From assembly GCA_963701075.1 (NCBI GenBank), contig OY969559.1:384001-448000 (forward strand): DNA of 64,000 bases, given 5' to 3'. Each line of letters starts with the position of its first letter. The stretch's first letter is position 1. The DNA comes from an uncultured Nitrososphaerota archaeon. Its GTDB lineage: Archaea > Thermoproteota > Nitrososphaeria > Nitrososphaerales > Nitrosopumilaceae. The notes beneath the pieces were generated by a model that worked only from the letters and a program-made list of their open reading frames with translations, did no database searches and was not told the DNA's origin. A program made the position numbers and the translations under genes. Below, one piece after another: positions 30,114 to 39,119 of the stretch.

Positions 30114-31721
30114 TTAGTTGTATGAGTTTGTTGTAGGGCAAAGACCAGAGACTGGAGTTACTACTGTTCCGACATCTCCAGCTGCAGGAGGCGCACCGCC
30201 GTGACTATACTGATCACTAACGCTCAAGCACACTTTTGGAGTGCTACCATGGTTGCCAAAGTCAAACATATCATCTACTGAACCAGCTATGGTGTCATAT
30301 GATCTCTGGCCAAATGTATCGGGAACGCCGCTTATTTGCCAGTTATCCTCGATGAATTTCAGAGGGGATGTTTGATCTATGACATTGTGGGAGATGTAGT
30401 CTGATTTTGCATATGATGATATCACCAAGAATGGTAGTCTTGCACCATAACCGCATCTGTCATTTGCATTACCCAAGCCCAAATCCTTTGTATTCTTGCT
30501 GCCGCATGTCGGAGCATAGTCATTGACTGGGTCATTGGAGTGATTCACGACTGGAGGATAGACGTGATCATACCAACCATCAGAGTCATCCCATAAGACG
30601 AACACTGCAGTGTCTGACCAATCCGGGCTATTCTCTATGCTGTTTGTGAGATTAGCGAGGAAGTGTCCTTCATCTATTGGATCAGAGTTCGCTGGATGAC
30701 CATTGCCTGCCTTGTATGCCTTGATGTAGGTTACTTGTGGTAACTGACTACCACCAACACCGCTTAATGCTGCCCAAAAGTAATGGAGATCATACTGATG
30801 ATTTGCCTGACCATTGTGTCCTATCTCGGCAAGAGTTGCAGGAGGCAAATGGTGAGGATTTGCAGTTGAGTTATAGTACTCAAATGGTTCGTGGTGTGGA
30901 ACATATGCTGTCTGAGATCCAGCAACAATGCTTGGAGTTTTTGTACCACATACTGCTTTTGTATGTGTCACTGGATTGTATGGCGTTGATGGAGCAAATC
31001 CGCCTTGGAACCAGCCCCATGTCATACCTTTCTCATTGAGTACGTCTCCAATGTTCTTTCCACTCATGGATAGCAATGTTTCTGATGTGGAAGCGCAGTC
31101 ATCATATAGCGGGTCATCATCTGAAATTACAGCACCGCCACCTACCGCATCTTCACTAGCACCAAATGTCTGACCTGAAATGACGTCAACTGCACCTGGT
31201 GTTGAAGGCCCAAACTCTGTATCAAATGAGCGGTCGCTCATGGCAAAGTTTTGAGCAAGATTCCATTGTGCCGTAGCGTTCTGTCCATCATAGTAACCCA
31301 TCACAGAGCTTCCGTTTGGATTGCATCCTGAACCACTATCACTTGTAAACTGAACAAACTTGTCGGCCAGTCCTCCATCATATGCTTCTTGTTCTGGAAG
31401 GTAATCGTGATCCTGATCACAAGTTAGTGCATTGCTTAGAAGGAAGGGAGGGAACAAGTTTGGATTGGCTGATATTAGGTTTGGGTGTGCGATGTAGTTA
31501 TCAGAAGCCGGAGTGTTTGCATTTGCAGTAAATCCTGGAGCATTAGGATACACACCAAAGTAGTGATCATAAGTTACGTTTTCTTGGAATACTATGACCA
31601 CGTGTTTGATTGGTGTTTTTGTATCTGGTACTGTTGGGTCACTAAATGCCCAACCTGTGCTGCTCAGGACAAGAGATGTTATTAGAAGTCCTACGAGAGT
31701 TGTTGTTAGAATTTTTGTCAT
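30114..31721 (-). CDS. Secreted AcpA/phospholipase C-family acid phosphatase
   Basis: Signal peptide; KHVVIVFQENVTYDHYFG, FGPSTPG (Ser nucleophile), DDSDGWYDHV, G.RLP.LVIS. Confidence 0.9.
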   Translation of the reverse strand: MTKILTTTLVGLLITSLVLSSTGWAFSDPTVPDTKTPIKHVVIVFQENVTYDHYFGVYPNAPGFTANANTPASDNYIAHPNLISANPNLFPPFLLSNALTCDQDHDYLPEQEAYDGGLADKFVQFTSDSGSGCNPNGSSVMGYYDGQNATAQWNLAQNFAMSDRSFDTEFGPSTPGAVDVISGQTFGASEDAVGGGAVISDDDPLYDDCASTSETLLSMSGKNIGDVLNEKGMTWGWFQGGFAPSTPYNPVTHTKAVCGTKTPSIVAGSQTAYVPHHEPFEYYNSTANPHHLPPATLAEIGHNGQANHQYDLHYFWAALSGVGGSQLPQVTYIKAYKAGNGHPANSDPIDEGHFLANLTNSIENSPDWSDTAVFVLWDDSDGWYDHVYPPVVNHSNDPVNDYAPTCGSKNTKDLGLGNANDRCGYGARLPFLVISSYAKSDYISHNVIDQTSPLKFIEDNWQISGVPDTFGQRSYDTIAGSVDDMFDFGNHGSTPKVCLSVSDQYSHGGAPPAAGDVGTVVTPVSGLCPTTNSYN

Positions 31722-31867
31722 TGAGGCACAAAACAACACACGTCAATTTGATCATGTTGTAATTAGATTTCGTTGTACTACTTGTAAAACATTGTCACAA
31801 GAAAAATTTCTTTCTTCTATGTAGATTATTCGATCAAATTCAGAGATATGGTTCAAACAAAATCAAT

Positions 31868-32180
31868 ATAGTAAACCTTTAGATGGAAAAAAAGTATGTG
31901 ATTGCACAGGTCTACTGTGATCACTTTCCATTCTTATGATCCAGTAGACCACTCCCCACATAATTTTATGGATCATTTTTAATTGACCATGTTAGAAAAA
32001 TTAGTTTCATTATTCTCTTGATAACTATTACACACAACGTATCCTAATCATGATTTCAAAAATAAAATTTTGTATTGGTGTATGTTGGCGGTCTACCAAA
32101 AATGACTTTGGCCTGGAGACCTGCGCTAAACGGCAGACCGCATTTTTGTAATGATTATTTTCTATCTAAAGGTTTACTAT
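31868..32180. repeat. 17-bp perfect inverted repeat pair (31868-31884 / 32164-32180)
   Basis: ATAGTAAACCTTTAGAT ... ATCTAAAGGTTTACTAT. Confidence 0.8.
31909..31962 (-). repeat. Dispersed hairpin element, copy 2
   Basis: Minus strand TATGTGGGGAGTGGTCTACTGGATCATAAGAATGGAAAGTGATCACAGTAGACC. Confidence 0.85.
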
Positions 32181-32437
32181 GATTTTTTGGTTGCTTACCA
32201 TTGGAATTAGTATTTTATGAAATCAATATAGATACAAGATAAACGTCTACACCACTACTAACTTTATGATAAAAAAAGTTCTAAAAGGCCTTCAGAAAAT
32301 AAAAAAGAAAAAAGATGAAAAGGAGAACAAAAACGATTCTTCAAAGCAATAACATGTAGGTGTATTTCCACTATAGACACAGGATACCTCGATCACGTTT
32401 TTATTTACGGATATGGCATCTTTATCAGGTTAAAAAT

Positions 32438-32794
32438 TTGGCCACAACCACGACAAAAATAGTTAGATACAAAGTGAAGAAGAAAAAACTATCAAAACTC
32501 AAAACTGCTCTTGCAGCGTTTGTAGAGGATATCAAGAAACACGAGTCTGGTATAGTCCATTACGAGGTATTCCAAGAAAAGGACGACCCTACCATATTAG
32601 TACACGTGATGACATTCAAAGATAAAAAGGCCGAGACTGCGCATGCAAAGAGCGCACATGTTCAAAAATGGGTAAAAACACTGAGTTCTGTTTGCAAAGA
32701 AAAGCCTGAATTCACGAATCTTAAACTCGTTGAATCGATAAAGGGCTCAGAGCCGTCCCCCGATGCTAGTACCGTTCAAGAACCTCAGCAGTAA
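32438..32794 (+). CDS. ABM (antibiotic biosynthesis monooxygenase-like) domain protein
   Basis: E.G...YEV......P....V..F.D..A...H....H pattern; start placed at TTG 32438. Confidence 0.75.
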   Translation: MATTTTKIVRYKVKKKKLSKLKTALAAFVEDIKKHESGIVHYEVFQEKDDPTILVHVMTFKDKKAETAHAKSAHVQKWVKTLSSVCKEKPEFTNLKLVESIKGSEPSPDASTVQEPQQ

Positions 32795-33159
32795 GTGTGG
32801 GCTATTTTGATAATTTTCTGTGCAGTCTTATCTATGTCCACATCTGGTTCCATGGTTACAAGCAATACTCTTCTGCCAAGCGGAAAACTCATCATAACAG
32901 CTTTTTCTCTTCTAGAGGCAGAATACATCACAGGTCCCAAGCTATAATCGAAATCTTTTCTCAAGGACGCACGTAGCACAACATCAGAGTACATCTTTTG
33001 TCGCTCAGCCTCGTCCTCAATTGGCACTATTCCATGCTTAAAACCCCCTGCCACCAGCTTTCCCATACGATCAATCAGTCCCGCAAATGTTATCTCTGGT
33101 TCTCTAAGCAATCTGACGCACTTTAGATCATACAAAAACAATTCTTGATTACGTTCCAT
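32785..33159 (-). CDS. DUF6659 (roadblock-like) family protein
   Basis: FAGLIDRMGKLVAGG...RKDFDYSLGPV.Y....REK..MMSFP. Confidence 0.8.
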   Translation of the reverse strand: MERNQELFLYDLKCVRLLREPEITFAGLIDRMGKLVAGGFKHGIVPIEDEAERQKMYSDVVLRASLRKDFDYSLGPVMYSASRREKAVMMSFPLGRRVLLVTMEPDVDIDKTAQKIIKIAHTYC

Positions 33160-33251
33160 ACTTTACAGATAATGTTATTTGTTCATAAATCTTGAATCCA
33201 TATTTTATGGGCCTTATGTAAACTATGTATCTTAGATGTTAGTGTGTACTG

Positions 33252-33980
33252 CTAACGATGCATTACTCTGGAAAGAAATTGGTCTATTCTATGCTGCAGA
33301 TCTGTATTAATTTCTGCTATGGTTCTGCTACCGTTGATAGGTATAAGGCCATATCTTTTCTGCATTAAATGAAATTCTTGTGAAATCTTACTTTGATAAA
33401 TAAGAAACGATTCATACATGTCATTTGATAACCCTATGTCTGCTCCTGACTCGTAATGATCTAGGGACAAATTCTTTTGAAATACTCGGTGTATCAGAAC
33501 AGAGGGTTCCACATCGAGATAAAACACAAGATCAGGCTTTATAGCAAAACCATAGAGATTGTGGCACCATCTCTTATCTAGACCCCGTACCACGTTTCTT
33601 GCTATCAAGGTGTAGATGTATCTATCAGCAAGGACAATGTAGCCAGCTTGCAACGCAGGTATTATCTTGTATTCAAATTGGTCTGCAAAATCTGCAGCGT
33701 AGAATAAAGCCAGGGTCTTTCTACCAAGATCATAGTTTTGCTTTGCCTCCAAAATCCCCCTGCTTACAAGCTCTGATCTTTTCAGTCCTGTATTCAAAAC
33801 TGCATGTCCGTCAGCTTCTAATCTTGCTGTAATTTTTTCAATCTGGGTGCTTCTGCCAGAAGCATCTGGCCCTTCAATAACAATCAATCTCCCTTTGATT
33901 TCTACATCTTGAAGATGGTTTATCCCGTGCCCGTAAAATTCCACAGGTCTACCGCCTAACTCCTTTTGTTTGTGTTTCAT
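33252..33980 (-). CDS. Thymidylate-kinase-like protein with variant P-loop; candidate non-catalytic polyphosphate kinase subunit
   Basis: IEGPDASGRST (Lys replaced by Arg), LADRY, IKPDL.FY, YESG.D. Confidence 0.75.
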   Translation of the reverse strand: MKHKQKELGGRPVEFYGHGINHLQDVEIKGRLIVIEGPDASGRSTQIEKITARLEADGHAVLNTGLKRSELVSRGILEAKQNYDLGRKTLALFYAADFADQFEYKIIPALQAGYIVLADRYIYTLIARNVVRGLDKRWCHNLYGFAIKPDLVFYLDVEPSVLIHRVFQKNLSLDHYESGADIGLSNDMYESFLIYQSKISQEFHLMQKRYGLIPINGSRTIAEINTDLQHRIDQFLSRVMHR

Positions 33981-34672
33981 GCCTGCACTCTCCTTACTTT
34001 TCTGCCTGGTGCTTGATGTGGAAGCAGCGGCATGATCATTTTTCTTACAATTTTTTGCTGCTCTTCAATGTTTAACGTGCCATCTATGATGGTAAAGCCC
34101 TCTGGCTCTGCCATGGAATCATACTGATCAATTATTCTCCCTTGGAAAATTCTATAGCTTTCATAGGGATCATTGCTCAAATTCAGATCCATTCCTGCTT
34201 CATAGTACTTTAACTTGGGACGGCCTACCAATATTCTATCAACTGCTATGTCAACTGGAACCTTAAAGTAGAAAGCCAAATCAGGCTTGATGGCAAAATC
34301 ATAAACCTTCCTGACCCAATCTGGATTGCAACCTCTTACAATATCTCTTACAAATGCAGTGTAGACATACCTGTCTGCAAGTACAAAGTATCCTGCACGA
34401 AGCAGAGGTAGAATATTTCGTTCATATCTGTCTGCAAAATCTGTTGCATGTAAAAGACTAAAAGTAGTAGGCGTGAGCAGTCCCTTTTTCTTTCCCTTTG
34501 AAGTTATTTCTTTTACCATCTCTGAAGAATTCCATTCTGACTTGAAAATATTGAGCCCTTTGTAGCTGAGCCATTTTTCTAAAAGGTGGATCTGAGTTGA
34601 CTTGCCAGAGCCATCTATTCCCTCTACAACGATAAGCTTACCTTCCATTTTCAATGGCTTTGCTATTTTCAA
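33977..34672 (-). CDS. Thymidylate-kinase-like protein with intact P-loop; candidate catalytic polyphosphate kinase subunit
   Basis: VEGIDGSGKST, LADRY, IKPDL.FY, YYEAGMD; 4-nt overlap with its paralog. Confidence 0.75.
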   Translation of the reverse strand: MKIAKPLKMEGKLIVVEGIDGSGKSTQIHLLEKWLSYKGLNIFKSEWNSSEMVKEITSKGKKKGLLTPTTFSLLHATDFADRYERNILPLLRAGYFVLADRYVYTAFVRDIVRGCNPDWVRKVYDFAIKPDLAFYFKVPVDIAVDRILVGRPKLKYYEAGMDLNLSNDPYESYRIFQGRIIDQYDSMAEPEGFTIIDGTLNIEEQQKIVRKMIMPLLPHQAPGRKVRRVQA

Positions 34673-34935
34673 GGCGATCTAGTTAACCCCCACATCCATT
34701 TTTAGGTCTTCCATTACTTACACCCATTTTGCGTGCCACGCTCAAATTTTTTAACACTGTAGATCATGTTTGTAACTGTGATTATGACTTTGATCTATAT
34801 AGTCTTCATAGGGATATGAAAGATAAGAAATCATGATCGCATATTAGATATCCCGCTAAATTTTATCTGTACATGTGAATAAGATGGCGGAGATTTTGCA
34901 AAAGTTCCAATTACAAATGAAGATGGTAGCATAGA

Positions 34936-35433
34936 ATGGACTTGTTTATCTTAAGGCATGGGGAGGCAGGCAGAAGCTCTGCCACTAGTAGGGATGACTC
35001 TAAAAGAGCCCTAACAGTTGAAGGAGAGAAGGAAATCAAGGATATCTCAAAAGGAATCAAGGGACTGGGAATTGAATTTGATTACATCTTCACCAGTCCG
35101 TTGCTAAGAGCAAAACAAACGGCCGAGCTAGTCTCAAAAATTGTTGTACCTAAAAATCAAATTAAAGAGATAGATGAACTAAAACCTGAAGGAAATAAAC
35201 TACAACTCTACAATAAACTTTCTAATTTAAAACAAGATTCTTCAGTGCTTATTGTGGGACATGAACCATATCTGAGTGAATTGATAGGAGAGGCAATCTC
35301 TCCAGGAGAATGCAGAATTGATTTGAAAAAGGCAGGATTTGCTCGCATCAGAGTAACAAACAGCCTTCCAAAACTTAAGGGAGAATTGAGATGGCTATTT
35401 ACTCCAAAACATTTGAAGAGAATGGCTCAGTGA
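34936..35433 (+). CDS. sixA: SixA-type phosphohistidine phosphatase
   Basis: LRHGEA, SPLLRAKQTA, VGHEP. Confidence 0.9.
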   Translation: MDLFILRHGEAGRSSATSRDDSKRALTVEGEKEIKDISKGIKGLGIEFDYIFTSPLLRAKQTAELVSKIVVPKNQIKEIDELKPEGNKLQLYNKLSNLKQDSSVLIVGHEPYLSELIGEAISPGECRIDLKKAGFARIRVTNSLPKLKGELRWLFTPKHLKRMAQ

Positions 35434-35525
35434 TCTATGTGCCGTATGTTTTTCATTTAGTAAAAAAATATCAATCTTATCTAGATTAATAGTGACATGA
35501 TCATATCGAAACGAGGTAATACTAA

Positions 35526-37034
35526 CTGAAAATATCTGTGATTGATTTAGGATACAATTCCGCCAAGTTAGTTACGTATAATGTAAAAGATGATGACTCG
35601 TTTGACGTTTCTCAACAAGAAGGAGTCAAAGTTAAGCTTGGTGAAGGACTAGACGAAAAAGGAAAACTGGGCAAAAAGCCAATGCTTCGCGCAATTGAAA
35701 CCCTGAGATTGTTTAGAGATATAATTCAGCTACAGCCAATAAAGTCTGTTTTACCATTAGCCACAAGTGCAGTAAGGGAAGCAAGCAATAAGGATGAATT
35801 TCTTGATGAAGTTTACAGAGAAGCCGGATTTAGATTCAAAGTGCTTTCTGAAAAAGAAGAAGCTCTATACTCCTATGTGGGGGCCATCAAATCTCTTCAA
35901 ATTCCAAACGTACTATTCTTCGATATAGGAGGGGGCAGCTTGGAGATAGTCCATGCTGAGGGATTCAAGATAAGAAAGGTGATATCCCTGCCTCTGGGAG
36001 CCCTGAGATTAACACAACAATTTGATGGTGAAAACGGGGGATTTGGTGAAAAAAATTACAAAAACATGAAGCGATTCATTTGGAGCCTTCTTCCCGAGAA
36101 GAAGGAAATGGGTCTTGGTAAAGATACAAGGCTTGTCGGCGTTGGAGGCGTCTTGAGGGCATTGGCAAGATATGATCAAAAAGTCTCAAGATACCCATTG
36201 GACAAGATGCACAATTACATCATGAATTCCAAGTTTGTCAACTCTATTACCAAACAACTCTACAAGATGAAATATGATGACATTGCAGAGATCTCAGTTA
36301 TTGGTTCTAGCAGAGCCGAGACAATAGTAGCCGGCTCCTGCGTGATAGATATACTGATGGAGAAATTTGGCTTTAACAATCTATGTGTAAGCAACCATGG
36401 CCTAAGGGAAGGAGCACTTTCTATATTTCTTGAAAACCCAAAGGCATATCACTCAAAAAATATCACGGCAGAGCAAATTCGTCAAACAATAGGATCAAAG
36501 ATCTCATTTCAGCCATACCAACATACCAAGAACTTTGTTGATAGCTTGATCTCGTCAAAGCTATTGAATAAACGTGAGCTTGAAATTCTCTCATATGCAG
36601 AAAAGAAAATATCAGAAAAATTATCATTTAACAATCCACAAAGTCTGTTCTATTCCATAATGGACGAAGACATGGCAATTAGCCATGTTAACCAATTGAT
36701 TTTAGGGTTATCTCTAGTTCATACAAGACATGTAAAAACATCAGACTGGCTATTTGCAAGATACAAGCCAATTTTGTCTCAACAGGATAAAGCGACAATA
36801 AGAAAAATCTCATCATTGATTGTACTGTTACAAGTACTGGAACAGACAAAATCAAAAATAGAATTGAAACGTTACACAGATGGAATAATGGAACTGCATG
36901 TCGCGCAATCAAAACTGCTGCCAAAGATGTTGCTTAGAAACGCCTTGAATAAATTTGAAAATGCATTTGATGCACATGTGATTTGCATGTCGCGTGACAA
37001 TCAGAATATGCAGAGCTCTGTTCTGGAATTATAG
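35526..37034 (+). CDS. ppx: Ppx/GppA exopolyphosphatase
   Basis: KISVIDLGYNS, ATSAVREA, EEA, DIGGGSLE, GLREG; the frame opens at CTG 35526. Confidence 0.92.
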   Translation: MKISVIDLGYNSAKLVTYNVKDDDSFDVSQQEGVKVKLGEGLDEKGKLGKKPMLRAIETLRLFRDIIQLQPIKSVLPLATSAVREASNKDEFLDEVYREAGFRFKVLSEKEEALYSYVGAIKSLQIPNVLFFDIGGGSLEIVHAEGFKIRKVISLPLGALRLTQQFDGENGGFGEKNYKNMKRFIWSLLPEKKEMGLGKDTRLVGVGGVLRALARYDQKVSRYPLDKMHNYIMNSKFVNSITKQLYKMKYDDIAEISVIGSSRAETIVAGSCVIDILMEKFGFNNLCVSNHGLREGALSIFLENPKAYHSKNITAEQIRQTIGSKISFQPYQHTKNFVDSLISSKLLNKRELEILSYAEKKISEKLSFNNPQSLFYSIMDEDMAISHVNQLILGLSLVHTRHVKTSDWLFARYKPILSQQDKATIRKISSLIVLLQVLEQTKSKIELKRYTDGIMELHVAQSKLLPKMLLRNALNKFENAFDAHVICMSRDNQNMQSSVLEL

Positions 37035-37842
37035 AATTAATTTTTTGGGATCGTCAAACCCCTCGTCCTTGAAAATCTGGACAAATCTTTGGTATTTTTC
37101 TCTCCTTTCCTGGATTTCCTCTCTTATTGTTTCTGCTAGTTCGTGGGGCCCCTTCACATCCCTTAGATAATCTAAGAACATGTCACTGTCATGAATCAAA
37201 CCCAGTTCATCCTGAATTTTTTTCAAGCTCTTAACTGACTTTAAAGAATTCATTTTGTCAGAAGTTAATTCAATTGAATAGCGCAATTTTTTGAAATCCT
37301 TTCTTAACTTGTGAATCTCTTCTACTTTTTTATCATCATTTAAAACAAGAGGAATATTGTATTCTATATCGGCAACCAGTTCTGATACAATTTTTTGAAA
37401 TCTTTTACGTAACTTTGGTTCTATGGCATCTTTTAATTTGGGCGGTGGAACACTTTTTAATTTTAAAGCTGAGCTTGTGTCCAATGCCTAGTTGTTGTTT
37501 GCGTTTGTCATTTATGGAATTTATGATCTGGCTAAATTGAGCAGAATGTTGTTTCTCTAATTTGGCACGAATTATGTCAAAGTCTCTTATTTGCGTATTA
37601 ACCTTGAATAGGGTTTTAGCTTGCTTTACATAGTTTTGTACATCCTCGCTTTTCCTGTTTTTCTTGGGCAGGATTCTGTAAACTGACTCCATTCGTCTGA
37701 TTGCTATCCTGATATCATGAATATTGTCCTCGCTTGGGTTTTCAATATAATCATCTAATTTTTTAGTAAATGTCTTGATAATTTTCTTGAATTTTTCAAG
37801 CAGTAGTTTCTTTTTGGGGTAGATTATTTGCCCTGTTTCCAT
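37029..37842 (-). CDS. CHAD-domain polyphosphate-binding protein (apparent +1 frameshift at 37471)
   Basis: IHDIRIAIRR...IRDFD in the first ORF; IHKLRKDFKKLRY..QDELGLIHD in the second. Confidence 0.88.
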
Positions 37843-37935
37843 AGTTTCATCTTAGATACGTCTGTAATTTGCTAATTTGAATTGTAATGATAGGAATCAA
37901 CATCCGGTCCAACTGATAACTTGTGGCATCTATCA

Positions 37936-38985
37936 CTATGAGACATTATCAGAGATTACGTCCTGCACTGTCTCGTTTATCACTGCTTCTCCAATGTCAC
38001 TAGAATATTCAGCCGTTCTGCGAATATCTTCCAAGACAAACTTTATCACACTGCTGTATTTTTTGGATTCTTCTAGGCTGTCTGTGAACTCTTTTTCTTT
38101 TTCTGCTATTCTGCGTGCATTTGACGTAACCGCATCTGCCAATGCATAATCTCTTTTGTTTAGGGCAGAAATTGAATCTTCAAAGACTTTGAGTGATTCT
38201 TCGCTAAGCTTTGTAATCTTTTGCAAAAGAGCCGGTTCTAGTGTGGATTTGAGGAACTTTACCCTGCTTGCTATTGAAACTGCATGGTCTGCAACCCTTT
38301 CTATTGATTTGACCACTATTCTATAACTGATGCAATCAGAAGGCTTCTTCAATCCAATATCGCGCAATATTCTTTCATGTTCTACGGCAAGGGTGAGATT
38401 TCGTAGTATGTACAAGCTAAAGCGGTCAACCTCATCATCCAAATGGGTGATCTCTTCTCCAAGTTCAGTGTCCATCTCCTTCAAGGCATCAATGGCTTGT
38501 CTATGCATTGTAGTTGTTAACAAAAACATGCGTTTTAGGGCATCACTTATCGAAAGTTCAGGCAAGCTTGTCAAGATTTGAATAGTTATAGACTCTGGTG
38601 TTGATTCTACAATTTCTGTACCAATCATATTTCTTCTTACAAGATCTCTTATTGCCTGTTTGTGTTCAAGTTGAATCCTTCCTCCTTTGGATTGGATCTC
38701 AATTATTTGATAACCTGCCAAGTACATTGCTATCACCTTTCGTTGAATGGATTCAACTGACTCTTTTTGACTGATGATAGTTTTTGATTTTGCTATCTTG
38801 GGTGACTGTGAGCCTCCCGTTGGTAAAATCGAAAGGGACTTGTTAACATTTTTTACAATGGAAACCGGATCGCCTGTTTTGAGATTTAACTCATCGATCC
38901 ATTTCTTAGGAAGAGAGAGCACGTAAGTAGATCCGCCTACAAGTTGTAGCTTTCGTACCTCTTTTTCATTTAGCAGCTCTGCCAC
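37936..38985 (-). CDS. AbrB-PhoU phosphate uptake regulator
   Basis: RKLQLVGGSTYVLSLPKKW AbrB domain; DDEVDR, ERVADHA PhoU repeats. Confidence 0.92.
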   Translation of the reverse strand: MAELLNEKEVRKLQLVGGSTYVLSLPKKWIDELNLKTGDPVSIVKNVNKSLSILPTGGSQSPKIAKSKTIISQKESVESIQRKVIAMYLAGYQIIEIQSKGGRIQLEHKQAIRDLVRRNMIGTEIVESTPESITIQILTSLPELSISDALKRMFLLTTTMHRQAIDALKEMDTELGEEITHLDDEVDRFSLYILRNLTLAVEHERILRDIGLKKPSDCISYRIVVKSIERVADHAVSIASRVKFLKSTLEPALLQKITKLSEESLKVFEDSISALNKRDYALADAVTSNARRIAEKEKEFTDSLEESKKYSSVIKFVLEDIRRTAEYSSDIGEAVINETVQDVISDNVS

Positions 38986-39030
38986 GCTTTTCTCTATAAT
39001 GGATATAATTAAAGCGGTTGTGACCGCGTT

Positions 39031-39058
39031 CTATGTAGTACTATATAGATCTATATTC
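39031..39058. promoter_or_regulatory. Tandem CTAT(A/G)TAG boxes with 10-bp period, candidate Pho-box-like operator
   Basis: CTATGTAGTA CTATATAGAT CTATATTC between the divergent regulator and pstC. Confidence 0.55.
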
Positions 39059-39119
39059 AAATATGAAACTTAAGAAATCATGGTCGAACTTCTGATATCT
39101 GTCTCAGAGATCAGACAAA

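Noticed and set aside
33252-34672. Simple duplicated thymidylate kinase (tmk)
   Set aside because: PolyP gene context, asymmetric P-loops and translational coupling argue against a plain tmk; no symbol assigned
34673-34714. In-frame upstream ORF MEDLKMDVGVN ending in TAG two codons before the kinase start (amber readthrough?)
   Set aside because: No pyrrolysine machinery seen, the extension is not needed for the fold, and it is plausibly chance
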